64,000 nucleotides of DNA from Candidatus Gastranaerophilaceae bacterium (GTDB lineage: Bacteria > Cyanobacteriota > Vampirovibrionia > Gastranaerophilales > Gastranaerophilaceae). Under the pieces are notes generated by a model that saw only the letters and a program-made list of their open reading frames with translations, made no database searches and was not told the origin of the DNA. The translations under genes were made by a program, and so were the position numbers. This document shows positions 1-8,631 of this stretch, one piece after another (the first letter of the stretch is position 1; every line of letters starts with the position of its first letter). The stretch lies in assembly GCA_045651695.1 (NCBI GenBank), contig JAZRSZ010000050.1:1701-65700 (forward strand). The letters run 5' to 3'.

Positions 1-547
1 TACTAAAGGCAAAGGTATCACGCCCAAAAGTATTTGGCTTTTTCTTAGCATTAATATCTACAACAACCTTAAAAGGGCCTCCATTATGTGGATAAGATGA
101 ACAAATAGTTGCACCTGAATTTATAGTCGCGCAATAATCATAGCAACGTAAGACATCCCTAAAACTTTCACCATATAACTCTCCATTAATCAATTTATAA
201 TGTTCTGCTACACAATCTGACCAATCTTCTTCATCATAACCACAATCTTTAGATATTTTAAAATATTTCTTGAAAAAATTTCCAAGATGTACTATACAAT
301 CTTCATATGCAGTATGCTCACTACAATACAAAGATGTTTCATTCAAATTGTCTACTTCTTCATCTACCATAAGAAGTGAAACTGCGTTTGAAATTTGGTT
401 ATACACTTTTTGGAGTTGTGCTACATATACTTTCTTTTGATAATTGGAAACTATATTAGGAACAGTCAAAACAGCAACCACTCCAATTATGCCTAGAGTA
501 ATTAAAACTTCAGCAAGTGTAAACGCTTTTCTCTTATGGTTTTGCAT
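1..547 (-). CDS. Type IV pilin-like / pseudopilin-like protein with a prepilin-type N-terminal cleavage/methylation motif. The gene runs off the window start, so the C-terminus is missing.
   Basis: My own translation of the minus strand from the ATG at 547-545 gives MQNHKRKAFTLAEVLITLGIIGVVAVLTVPNIVSNYQKK... and stays open to position 2. An SD sequence AAAGGAGAGAA lies just upstream. It ends ...VVVDINAKKKPNTFGRDTFAF, typical of this pilin-like family. It is absent from the ORF track because it is truncated by the window edge. Confidence 0.85.
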   Translation of the reverse strand, partial: MQNHKRKAFTLAEVLITLGIIGVVAVLTVPNIVSNYQKKVYVAQLQKVYNQISNAVSLLMVDEEVDNLNETSLYCSEHTAYEDCIVHLGNFFKKYFKISKDCGYDEEDWSDCVAEHYKLINGELYGESFRDVLRCYDYCATINSGATICSSYPHNGGPFKVVVDINAKKKPNTFGRDTFAFS

Positions 548-587
548 TTTTCTCTCCTTTTGTATTTCCTTAACTCAATTAATTTCT

Positions 588-619
588 TAGTGCCATAGTG
601 TCTTAGTATTCTAGTGTCT
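588..619 (+). repeat. Four direct TAGTR-N3 units with an 8-nt period (TAGTGCCA TAGTGTCT TAGTATTC TAGTGTCT), lying between the slt stop and the pilin-like gene start.
   Basis: Read directly from the sequence at 588-619, with a degenerate fifth unit TAAAC at 620. It sits 41-72 nt upstream of the pilin-like ATG on the opposite strand. Confidence 0.6.
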
Positions 620-623
620 TAAA

Positions 624-2564
624 CTAAAATGTGTAAACTCTCAAGTAGTTCCAATATGTTCTAAATACTTTTTTCACATAGTTTTGTGTTTCAGAATAAG
701 GAATTTGCTCAACAAATTCATCAGTATCAGCATAATCAAAACGCTTTAGCCATTTATTTATCGAACCAATTCCACCATTGTATGCTGCAACTGCTGATAT
801 ATCATTATCATTGAGCATGCCTCTTAAACTAGCATAATAAGATGTTCCAATTTTAATATTCAATTCAGGTTTAAATAAATCCTCTGCATCAACTCCAGCA
901 AAACCCTTTGCCGTCGCTGGCATGATTTGCATTAAACCTCTTGCACCTACTGAACTTTGCGCATTTGGATTAAAGAAACTTTCTTCTCTTATCAAACTCA
1001 TCATCAATTCAGTATTTAGTGCATACTTTTCAACTTCTTCATAATAATTCAATGGATAAACCAATCTCCATCTCAAATCTGTCTTGTCTGGTTTTGGATT
1101 AATTTTTTCCATAGCGTCTCTTGCCAATAACATAGAATGAGCAAAATCACCTTTTTGGTAATAAATCCAACTCTTGATAAAATCGTCTTCCGTTACCAAA
1201 TCCAAAATCTCATAATCTTTCAACTCTGCCAACTTCAATATCACATCATTTTTAGAAACATTTTGGTATGGAAACGCTACAGGCTTTTCAACAATTTTTG
1301 CATTTAACAATGGTTTATTAATATGCTTCATCGCAATATAAGCACGATACGCATAATATGTATCAGGATATTTATTAATTGTACTTACATAATAATTCAT
1401 GTAGTTTTTATAGTCATTTCTACGTTCAGCAACCTTACCCAACCAGAACATAACCTTTGGCGCTGAATTTGTATTTGGGAATTTATTCAAATAATCCTTA
1501 CCAATTTTTTCCGCATTAATATAATCTTTGGTTCTAATCTTGTCGAAATATATATTTGCCAATGCAGATGCCGCATAATTTCCATTAGGAAAATTTAAGT
1601 ATAACTGCTTATAGCATGCCGCTTGGTAATCTACAGGAGCAATCTCACATTTTAGTGTCCAAATATAATCTTTACCATTAGGTAATGATATATCATATAA
1701 ATAATTTATATCCGCAGTTTTCGATTTAGAAAGTTGCATATATATATTAATAGCATCATAAATATCTTCTGCCGAAACATGCCCAGCATAATTTTGCAAT
1801 CCTTCCTCTATTACGGATCTTGCTCTAGCATAATTTTTTGTTACATAAGATGTTTTTGCATCCAATACCCAACTATCTTGGATATCAGTTTTGGCCAACA
1901 TTTTCTTCACATTATCATAGTCGTCAAATAAATAATACGTATTAGCCATTAACAAATAATCATCTTTGTATATTTCTGTACCAAGAGAAAGCCAATTAGT
2001 TATAGCATTCAACGCCAATCTGCCTTGAGGCGCTTTCGTTAAATAATGACGGAATGCTATTTCTATCTCATGTTTTTTAGAATTTGGAAAAATCTCAGCG
2101 TCTTTGTATTCATTTAACTTCAAAACCCCCAAGTAGTATTCAGACGCAATTGCATAATCAGTTTCTGGATTGTTTTTAATAATATATTCAAAATATCTTT
2201 GTGCTTGTTTTGGATTGTCGCTAATTAACATTTGAGCGGCTAAGTATCTTGCCCTTACACTCAATATAGTTTTAGTGTAATTATTAAACAATAACTGATA
2301 TTGTTTCATTTCTGATTTCTTATCAGCAAGTTCTTTAGCACACATCGCTTGATGATATATTGCATAAGGCTTCAACTTAGACGAGAAACTTACCCTAGAG
2401 AATAAATAATAGGCATTTTGGTATTCTCCATTTGTGTAATCCTTTAATGCGTTACTGTATATTGTCATTGTTTTACCCATAGGCTGATATAACTTAACCG
2501 CTAAGCCCCCTAAAATAAAACACACAATAACAACAAATAAACTAATTAAAGCCTTCTTATCCAT
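624..2564 (-). CDS. Membrane-anchored lytic murein transglycosylase (Slt-like): helical/TPR-like repeats followed by a C-terminal SLT domain.
   Basis: The C-terminus carries the SLT catalytic signature LIREESFFNPNAQSSVGARGLMQIMPATA...AAYNGG. There is an N-terminal TM segment (ALISLFVVIVCFILGGLAV) and a long helical repeat region, as in Slt70. Confidence 0.85.
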   Translation of the reverse strand: MDKKALISLFVVIVCFILGGLAVKLYQPMGKTMTIYSNALKDYTNGEYQNAYYLFSRVSFSSKLKPYAIYHQAMCAKELADKKSEMKQYQLLFNNYTKTILSVRARYLAAQMLISDNPKQAQRYFEYIIKNNPETDYAIASEYYLGVLKLNEYKDAEIFPNSKKHEIEIAFRHYLTKAPQGRLALNAITNWLSLGTEIYKDDYLLMANTYYLFDDYDNVKKMLAKTDIQDSWVLDAKTSYVTKNYARARSVIEEGLQNYAGHVSAEDIYDAINIYMQLSKSKTADINYLYDISLPNGKDYIWTLKCEIAPVDYQAACYKQLYLNFPNGNYAASALANIYFDKIRTKDYINAEKIGKDYLNKFPNTNSAPKVMFWLGKVAERRNDYKNYMNYYVSTINKYPDTYYAYRAYIAMKHINKPLLNAKIVEKPVAFPYQNVSKNDVILKLAELKDYEILDLVTEDDFIKSWIYYQKGDFAHSMLLARDAMEKINPKPDKTDLRWRLVYPLNYYEEVEKYALNTELMMSLIREESFFNPNAQSSVGARGLMQIMPATAKGFAGVDAEDLFKPELNIKIGTSYYASLRGMLNDNDISAVAAYNGGIGSINKWLKRFDYADTDEFVEQIPYSETQNYVKKVFRTYWNYLRVYTF

Positions 2565-2600
2565 ATCAAAATATTAACAAAAAAAGTAAATGTTTGCAAA

Positions 2601-4997
2601 TTAGCCTTTTATAATCGAACTAAACACAGGTCTCTCTTTTGGCATTACCAACGCTTTCGCATCTTTATGTGAATCTTTCATTATTTTTATATCTTTGACC
2701 TGTTCTGCTTTTACATCTTTTGAAGTTTCTTTTACCTTATAAGACTCAATAGAACGCTTACCCGTTAATCTGCGCATAAAGTTATAATAACCTTTTGTAA
2801 AACCTGTTGCTTCATTTTGCTTTTTCTCAATTGCCTTTAATTCATCTCTACTATGTGCGCCAACCGGCATGCCAACTGATTTTCTTGTTAAAATTTCACC
2901 CAATGTTGTATTCGTTAATGTAATCCAACTCATACCCATCAATGAAGCATTGTATTGACTTCTAAATGTAGAGTTGAACAAATCAATCAGTAATGTTTGG
3001 TAGAATAATCTTGACAATTCCTGAACGAAACGTTCTTTAAATTTAGTTTCAGCACCCTCTTTGTCATTACCGTTTGATTTTAACATTACCATATTATAGT
3101 TATCTGTCATTAAAAACCATAATGTTGATGCTGTCGCCGCTGTTTTTGCCAAGTTTGATAATTCTGCATTCGAAACGTTTGACATAGTCGTTACGTTAAA
3201 TGCTTTCAATATATTATCTTTTACAAATGACGTAAATTCTTCTGGTGTATTACCTTTTTTCAATGCTTTTTCGCCAATGCTTTCAATAGTTTTTGCCAAA
3301 ACTTCAACATCTTTTTGTGATAATTCTTTCTCTAGTACTTCTGCTGTTTTTTGAACTTCGGCTGGTTTTTTAGCAAATAAACCAACTAATTTGTCCGCGT
3401 ATCTATAAGGTAATGTCACTGCATTATATGCAAACTTAAATGGCGCTAATACAAAGTTAACCGCAGGTTTTATAAATTTCTTATCTTTTTTACCTAAATG
3501 AATTATTCCATCTTTATCAACTAAAGTTTCTGCAACTTTATTATATTTTGTCGCTAAATCTTTAAATCCGTTATCCTCTAATACTTTAACAATTTTTCCA
3601 AACTTTTCCTGTGAAATTGTATAATCAGGAATTACAGTAAGTTTATCGTATAATTTTTCAAATGGTTTTTGAACTGCTTTGAACATATCATCAACAACTT
3701 TGATTTTTCTTAACCCTTTAATACCAAAGCCTGCAGCAATCACAACACTACTCGCTTTTAATAATGTACCCATTGATAAAAGTGGCTTTTGTTGTTCTTG
3801 AGATTTTTTGCTATCTTCTGATTTTTTCTCAAAATTTGTATTTACAGATTCGTTTGCCTTAAATGAAACCGGTTTTATATCTTTTTCTGGAGCATTATTC
3901 ATTTCATTTTCACGTCTTGCTTCTTCTGGAGTTAAGCGTTTAATATGTTTTCCATTCGCTAAACGTGAGAATGCCTCTGTTACAAGTACCGTAGCACCTG
4001 TCATTAACATAATGCCTAATTTAGAGTTATTAATATATTTATTTAATGCACCTAAAGTTACAAGGGTTAAGTAGCCGCTTGATAAAATACGTGCAGTCTC
4101 TTGTTTGAACCTTGTTTTCTTTTCTTTATCCGCTTTTTTAGAATCATCATCCATCATACGAGATAAGTTATAAGCATCATTTGCCAAGAATATCGCTGGT
4201 GGTAAACCAGAAACCAATCTGTTTAGTGCTCTTTCGTGTTTTGTATCGTATGCGCCGTATTTTTGAGTATCAAACATCTTCACTGATTTTTGGAACATAT
4301 CAGAAACAACTTGTGATTCTGTTAGTTCACCCTTTTGAAGTTGTGACATCAACTTACCCTGAGTCTCTACCAACCCAAGCAACGCATTAACTTTTGCATC
4401 AATTTTAGATCTTTGTCTTATTTTTTTAAATGTATCAGTTTGCAAAACATTATTTGCCCATTTTTTCAACGGTTTAATTTTACCCAACAATCCAACAAAA
4501 CCATTCAACATATCGCCTGGTAAAATAGTAAATGGATATATTAAACCATCCCAAATCAAATGTGAACCTGTTTTCTTATATATAGATATATTATCGCCAT
4601 CAACCTTTATCATGTTTTTGGCTAATTTAGATTCTTTTAAATTATTTAAAAGATCTTTACCGATATCTGAACCTATATATTTTTGAGTAAATTCATTAAA
4701 ACTTTTTTCACTAAATTTAGAATCAAATTTGTATCGAGGTGCTAAAAATCTTAAACATAAACCTGCTGCAGCTATTGTGCCTAACAAAACTAATGTTGGA
4801 TTGATTGGTTTTTTAGGCTCGTTTTCTTCTTTTTCTGCGCCACTAAAAGAAAGACCTTTAAAAGATAAATCGTCCAAGTGATTATTTTTTAAAGGTCTCT
4901 CTAAATATCGATAGTTATTTTGGGGGTCGGAAGTGACTGATGGCTTTCGCATCTTATCGTGTCGATTATTATTCAGTTGAATTCCGTTGACTAACAT
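2601..4997 (-). CDS. Hypothetical 798-aa multi-pass membrane protein with no domain I can recognise.
   Basis: Long uninterrupted ORF with several hydrophobic segments (TLVLLGTIAAAGLCL, GYLTLVTLGAL...IMLMTGATVLV, LLSMGTLLKASSVVIAAGFGI, ASTLWFLM). Two copies of an SFK[AG] - K-rich linker - TM arrangement are described in the findings. Confidence 0.6.
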   Translation of the reverse strand: MLVNGIQLNNNRHDKMRKPSVTSDPQNNYRYLERPLKNNHLDDLSFKGLSFSGAEKEENEPKKPINPTLVLLGTIAAAGLCLRFLAPRYKFDSKFSEKSFNEFTQKYIGSDIGKDLLNNLKESKLAKNMIKVDGDNISIYKKTGSHLIWDGLIYPFTILPGDMLNGFVGLLGKIKPLKKWANNVLQTDTFKKIRQRSKIDAKVNALLGLVETQGKLMSQLQKGELTESQVVSDMFQKSVKMFDTQKYGAYDTKHERALNRLVSGLPPAIFLANDAYNLSRMMDDDSKKADKEKKTRFKQETARILSSGYLTLVTLGALNKYINNSKLGIMLMTGATVLVTEAFSRLANGKHIKRLTPEEARRENEMNNAPEKDIKPVSFKANESVNTNFEKKSEDSKKSQEQQKPLLSMGTLLKASSVVIAAGFGIKGLRKIKVVDDMFKAVQKPFEKLYDKLTVIPDYTISQEKFGKIVKVLEDNGFKDLATKYNKVAETLVDKDGIIHLGKKDKKFIKPAVNFVLAPFKFAYNAVTLPYRYADKLVGLFAKKPAEVQKTAEVLEKELSQKDVEVLAKTIESIGEKALKKGNTPEEFTSFVKDNILKAFNVTTMSNVSNAELSNLAKTAATASTLWFLMTDNYNMVMLKSNGNDKEGAETKFKERFVQELSRLFYQTLLIDLFNSTFRSQYNASLMGMSWITLTNTTLGEILTRKSVGMPVGAHSRDELKAIEKKQNEATGFTKGYYNFMRRLTGKRSIESYKVKETSKDVKAEQVKDIKIMKDSHKDAKALVMPKERPVFSSIIKG

Positions 4998-5133
4998 CTT
5001 CCTCCACCTTAGAAACTATTTTCACTCTAATAAAAACTAAACACAATATTTTTTGCTAATATTTTAACTTTTTTTTACATTATATTATTATATAAATGTT
5101 TATATGTTAAAATTATAGAAAAAGAGGGGCGTT

Positions 5134-5868
5134 TTGAAAAAAAATACATTCTTTACATTCTTGAATAAAGTAGAAAATTTTCCACTATGGTTGAAACAAA
5201 TCATTTGTCTTAAACTATCAGAAGATATTAAGGCTCAAGTTTGTGAAACTTTTTTAGAAGAAAATGCCGATAATATATTCTCACTTTATCAACCAATCTT
5301 AACTTTTAAAGGTAAAGAAGAATTAGAAAAAAAATCTTGTGGTCTCGATTTGAATATACACAATTTTTTAAGATACTGTGAAAGCAATTATAGTATTTAT
5401 GAAATCTCATTAAATACTTTCTTATCTATGGAAGAAGTTGCGAAATATTTTATTCTTTGCGTAGAACAAGGATATATTGAAAAACCTGATAATATTGAAA
5501 TAGAAGCAATGGCAGGCTTCATTGCAGGTAAATTCAGAACAGGTGAATTTTTTGCCCAAAAAGGAACTATTACAGAAGATCAATTGAATAAAGCAATCGA
5601 AGTTAGCGAAAAATCAAACAAAAAATTTGCACAAATTCTTATAGATTTAGGATTTATAACTCAAAAAGACGTAGCAACAATGCTTGCTTTCAAAGAAGAT
5701 TCTAAAAAAAGATTTATCCTAGATCACAACAATGTTCCTCAAGCAAAAACTGAATATTGCAAAGACGAAGATAAATATTTAAAAGAAATTGAAGAATTAA
5801 AAGCGGAAAACAAAAAACTTAAACAAAAAATATCACAATTATTAGAAATCGTAAAAACTTACGACTAA
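5134..5868 (+). CDS. Small cytoplasmic protein with a T2SS-E N-terminal (MshEN-like) domain and a C-terminal coiled coil. Candidate c-di-GMP receptor.
   Basis: TTG start 5 nt after GAGGGG. Residues 135-187 form two 24-aa motifs separated by 5 aa (RTGEFFAQKGTITEDQLNKAIEVS-EKSNK-KFAQILIDLGFITQKDVATMLAFK), matching the MshEN pattern RLGxx(LVI)(LVI)xxG(LVI)(LVI)xxxxLxxxLxxQ. The C-terminus is EIEELKAENKKLKQKISQLLE. Confidence 0.6.
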   Translation: MKKNTFFTFLNKVENFPLWLKQIICLKLSEDIKAQVCETFLEENADNIFSLYQPILTFKGKEELEKKSCGLDLNIHNFLRYCESNYSIYEISLNTFLSMEEVAKYFILCVEQGYIEKPDNIEIEAMAGFIAGKFRTGEFFAQKGTITEDQLNKAIEVSEKSNKKFAQILIDLGFITQKDVATMLAFKEDSKKRFILDHNNVPQAKTEYCKDEDKYLKEIEELKAENKKLKQKISQLLEIVKTYD

Positions 5869-6936
5869 TTATTGTGTTACAAGTTCGATTTTATCCCCAA
5901 AATATTTTTGTACATCTGCGTTGTAGCCAACAAGCATATTTTTGAAAACTTGTTCTGAACCGCATTCTTTCTTTAATAGTTCTACCCCTCGGTTATAAAC
6001 CTGTTGAGCAGTTTTGAGGTTACTTCTTGGGATATTTCCATTATACATTTTGCAAGCAGTAGATATATCAAATAATCTGCGTTTACTCAAACCACTTAAT
6101 TCTGTACCACCAAAAGACTTGTTATTAGTCATTTCATTTATAGCAGATTCATAATCACCATCACGCAAAGCATTCAGCATATCTTCAGTTAAAATTTTTG
6201 GACCTTTATTAAACACCATATCTAACAATGCTTCTTTAATACTTTGTGGCAAAGCATTATATTTTTGTTTGCTACCCAGAAGAATTTGAATATTATCTTC
6301 CATTCTCAACAAATCTTTTGTAAAAGTTTCTAACACCTCACGATTTGTAAGTTGTTCTTTTTCGCCTTTTTTAACAACATGCCCGATACCTATGGTCTTG
6401 TTGCCTGTTTTATCGACATACGGAGTATTATGAAACTCATTATCTCCATAAGGTTTGCCATCAGGTTTTTTGCCATCTTCAATTTGTTTGAGATTTTTTA
6501 TAAATTCTTGACTAACACCCATTGCACTTGCAACATCTGACAAATTGTTTACATTCTGAACGATTTTTGTCGGTGGGATTTTTAATTTCTGATTTAATTG
6601 CAATACACTTGTTTTGGTTAATTGATTAACATGCATAAGCACATTCACATCAACCCCATATTTCTCTGCAATTTTGGATAAATTATCCCCAGATTGAACA
6701 ACATGAATTGGGTTTTGTTTTTCAGTTACATATTTTTGTCTTTCAATATCAACATCAGAGACATCACTCGACATCTGAATATCTCTGGACGGAGGTAATC
6801 TCAATTTGGTATTTATGGATAAAATCCCATTTGGATCCAAGTGGTTATATTTAACCAAACTATCTACAGGAATTCCCGTTCTGCGAGAAATCCCATATAA
6901 TGTATCACCACTTTTTACTGTATAAAAATCAACCAT
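5869..6936 (-). CDS. Peptidoglycan hydrolase: two LysM domains plus a GH24 (phage-type) lysozyme-like domain.
   Basis: LysM motifs are YTVKSGDTLYGISRRTGIPVDSLVKYN...LRLP and HVVQSGDNLSKIAEKYGVDVNVLMHVN...LKIP. The lysozyme-like core is NEFHNTPYVDKTGNKTIGIGHVV...ALLDMVFNKG. No N-terminal signal peptide is visible. Confidence 0.75.
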   Translation of the reverse strand: MVDFYTVKSGDTLYGISRRTGIPVDSLVKYNHLDPNGILSINTKLRLPPSRDIQMSSDVSDVDIERQKYVTEKQNPIHVVQSGDNLSKIAEKYGVDVNVLMHVNQLTKTSVLQLNQKLKIPPTKIVQNVNNLSDVASAMGVSQEFIKNLKQIEDGKKPDGKPYGDNEFHNTPYVDKTGNKTIGIGHVVKKGEKEQLTNREVLETFTKDLLRMEDNIQILLGSKQKYNALPQSIKEALLDMVFNKGPKILTEDMLNALRDGDYESAINEMTNNKSFGGTELSGLSKRRLFDISTACKMYNGNIPRSNLKTAQQVYNRGVELLKKECGSEQVFKNMLVGYNADVQKYFGDKIELVTQ

Positions 6937-6940
6937 ATAT

Positions 6941-8542
6941 CTATTTCATTGTTTCAACTATTGCTTTTGCTACACAGTCCATATATTTATTTTGGTCGTA
7001 ATTAGATAACAAAGCATTTTGAATATTGTTATTAGCAATATTACCAATCTCTAACAAAACACCTGGTACCGCATCACCAATTGCATTAAGCACATACAGT
7101 TCTTGAGATTGTACTTTTGGTGCTAATAAAGTAAAGCCAGAGTTTACTTGCGATTGTATTTTGTCGGCTAATTGTTTATCTTTTGTGTCGCCACTTCTAT
7201 ATTTAACAGAACACCCTTTATTACTAGAGTTTTCCTTCATTGATTCAACATGAATAGACATAAAAAGCATATTGGATTTTGATGTATTTTTCATCAATGT
7301 TTTCGCTTCTTTTGAACCAACTTTACCAGCCAAAAGATTTTGAATATATTTTTGAGAATACATCCCGCCATTTTGAACTGCGCCTTGGATAATAACAACA
7401 TGAGCACCTTGAGCCCTCAGTTTCGCAGATAAAGCATCAGTATAATCTCTTGCAACACGCCATTCTTCAATTGGCATATATTTACCTTGAGCATTTTTTA
7501 CAGCATGAATTGTTCCTGCATCAAAAAAGCCATTCTCTTGTGCGTAGCCACCGTGACCGGAATTCAAAATAACAACTTTACCTTTAAGCGGTCCCTTGTT
7601 TGTAGTAGGGGCTTGGACATCACAAGTTGCCTCGATTTTGCCATTAACAACGTGAGGCATAGGTCTTACAAGATACGGGTTATTTAAACCATATTTCCTG
7701 TTAAATTCTTTTTGTCCTGATCTTATAGCATCATCTCTTAAATCACTTAACTTGAAAGTTTTACCATTATTTAATGTTACTTTTACATTACCTTTTGCTT
7801 CTTCGCCTTTTGGTTCTGGTACCGTATTTGGTTTTGGCGCCGGCTTTGGAGTTGGAGTTGGATCTGTTTTAGGAGTAGTTTCTTTATCTTCCCCAAACGG
7901 TCTTAGTGGAACCATTATCCAAGTCCCAGCTTTTAGTTTTGTAGGATCTGTAATTTGAGGGTTTAATGCCAACAAATCTTTATCCTCCATGTTATATTTT
8001 TTTGCCAATTGATCAAATTTTGTTTCCAATTTTTCCAATGGAACATTAACTGGTTCACCTGCTTTTACAGAATTCCAATTCTTGATTTGAGGATTCATTT
8101 TTTGGAATTCTTCAACAGTCATATTGAATTTTCTTGCCATATTCCAAGCGGATTTTTCAAACTCTGCTTGTGGCTTATCATTAAACGGTCTTAGTGGAAC
8201 CATTATCCATGTTCCAGCTTTTAATCTTGTTGGATCTGTAATTTGAGGATTTAAATCCAACAAATCTTTATAATCCATATTATATTTTAATGCCAATTGA
8301 TAAACGGTTGTTTCCAATTTTGCCAATGGGACATTAACTGGTTTACCTGCTTTAACAGAATTCCAATTTGTAATTCCAGGATTCATTTTTTTGAATTCTT
8401 CTTCAGACATATTGAATTTTTTTGCCATATGTGAAAGGTCTTTTTCAAACTCTGCTTGTGGCTTGTCATTCGTTGTTGATTGTTGAGTAGTACCTACTTG
8501 AGCCGTTTTTGAGGGCGCTCCTACACCTGATACTTGAACCAT
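6941..8542 (-). CDS. N-acetylmuramoyl-L-alanine amidase (Amidase_3) with four N-terminal LysM-like modules.
   Basis: The C-terminal domain reads VVILNSGHGGY...DAGT...FMSIHVES...LLEIGNI, typical of the AmiC/CwlD family. The N-terminus is a duplicated 96-aa unit, each with two LysM-like segments. A Pro/Thr linker TPKTDPTPTPKPAPKPNTVPEP follows. No signal peptide is visible. Confidence 0.85.
   Translation of the reverse strand: MVQVSGVGAPSKTAQVGTTQQSTTNDKPQAEFEKDLSHMAKKFNMSEEEFKKMNPGITNWNSVKAGKPVNVPLAKLETTVYQLALKYNMDYKDLLDLNPQITDPTRLKAGTWIMVPLRPFNDKPQAEFEKSAWNMARKFNMTVEEFQKMNPQIKNWNSVKAGEPVNVPLEKLETKFDQLAKKYNMEDKDLLALNPQITDPTKLKAGTWIMVPLRPFGEDKETTPKTDPTPTPKPAPKPNTVPEPKGEEAKGNVKVTLNNGKTFKLSDLRDDAIRSGQKEFNRKYGLNNPYLVRPMPHVVNGKIEATCDVQAPTTNKGPLKGKVVILNSGHGGYAQENGFFDAGTIHAVKNAQGKYMPIEEWRVARDYTDALSAKLRAQGAHVVIIQGAVQNGGMYSQKYIQNLLAGKVGSKEAKTLMKNTSKSNMLFMSIHVESMKENSSNKGCSVKYRSGDTKDKQLADKIQSQVNSGFTLLAPKVQSQELYVLNAIGDAVPGVLLEIGNIANNNIQNALLSNYDQNKYMDCVAKAIVETMK
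7892..8467 (-). repeat. Tandem duplication of 2 x 288 bp (96 codons) inside the amidase gene.
   Basis: Copy 1 is DKPQAEFEKDLSHMAKKFNMSEEEFKKMNPGITNWNSVKAGKPVNVPL...GTWIMVPLRPFN. Copy 2 is DKPQAEFEKSAWNMARKFNMTVEEFQKMNPQIKNWNSVKAGEPVNVPL...GTWIMVPLRPFG. The DNA anchor tcttagtgga recurs at 7901 and 8189, confirming the 288-nt period. Confidence 0.9.
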
Positions 8543-8631
8543 AAAGTCTCCTACGCTATTACACTATTTGTTAAAGGTAACGGCTAAATCTCAAAAAACT
8601 TTAATTAATATAAAATATTGTTTACAAAAAG

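Noticed and set aside
5869-8542. Interpreting the lysozyme-plus-amidase pair as a phage lysis cassette or prophage remnant.
   Set aside because: There is no holin-like small TM ORF, spanin, structural, integrase or att-like repeat nearby. The flanks are upp, mlaD and an Slt-type chromosomal gene. I kept only the weaker observation that no signal peptide is visible.
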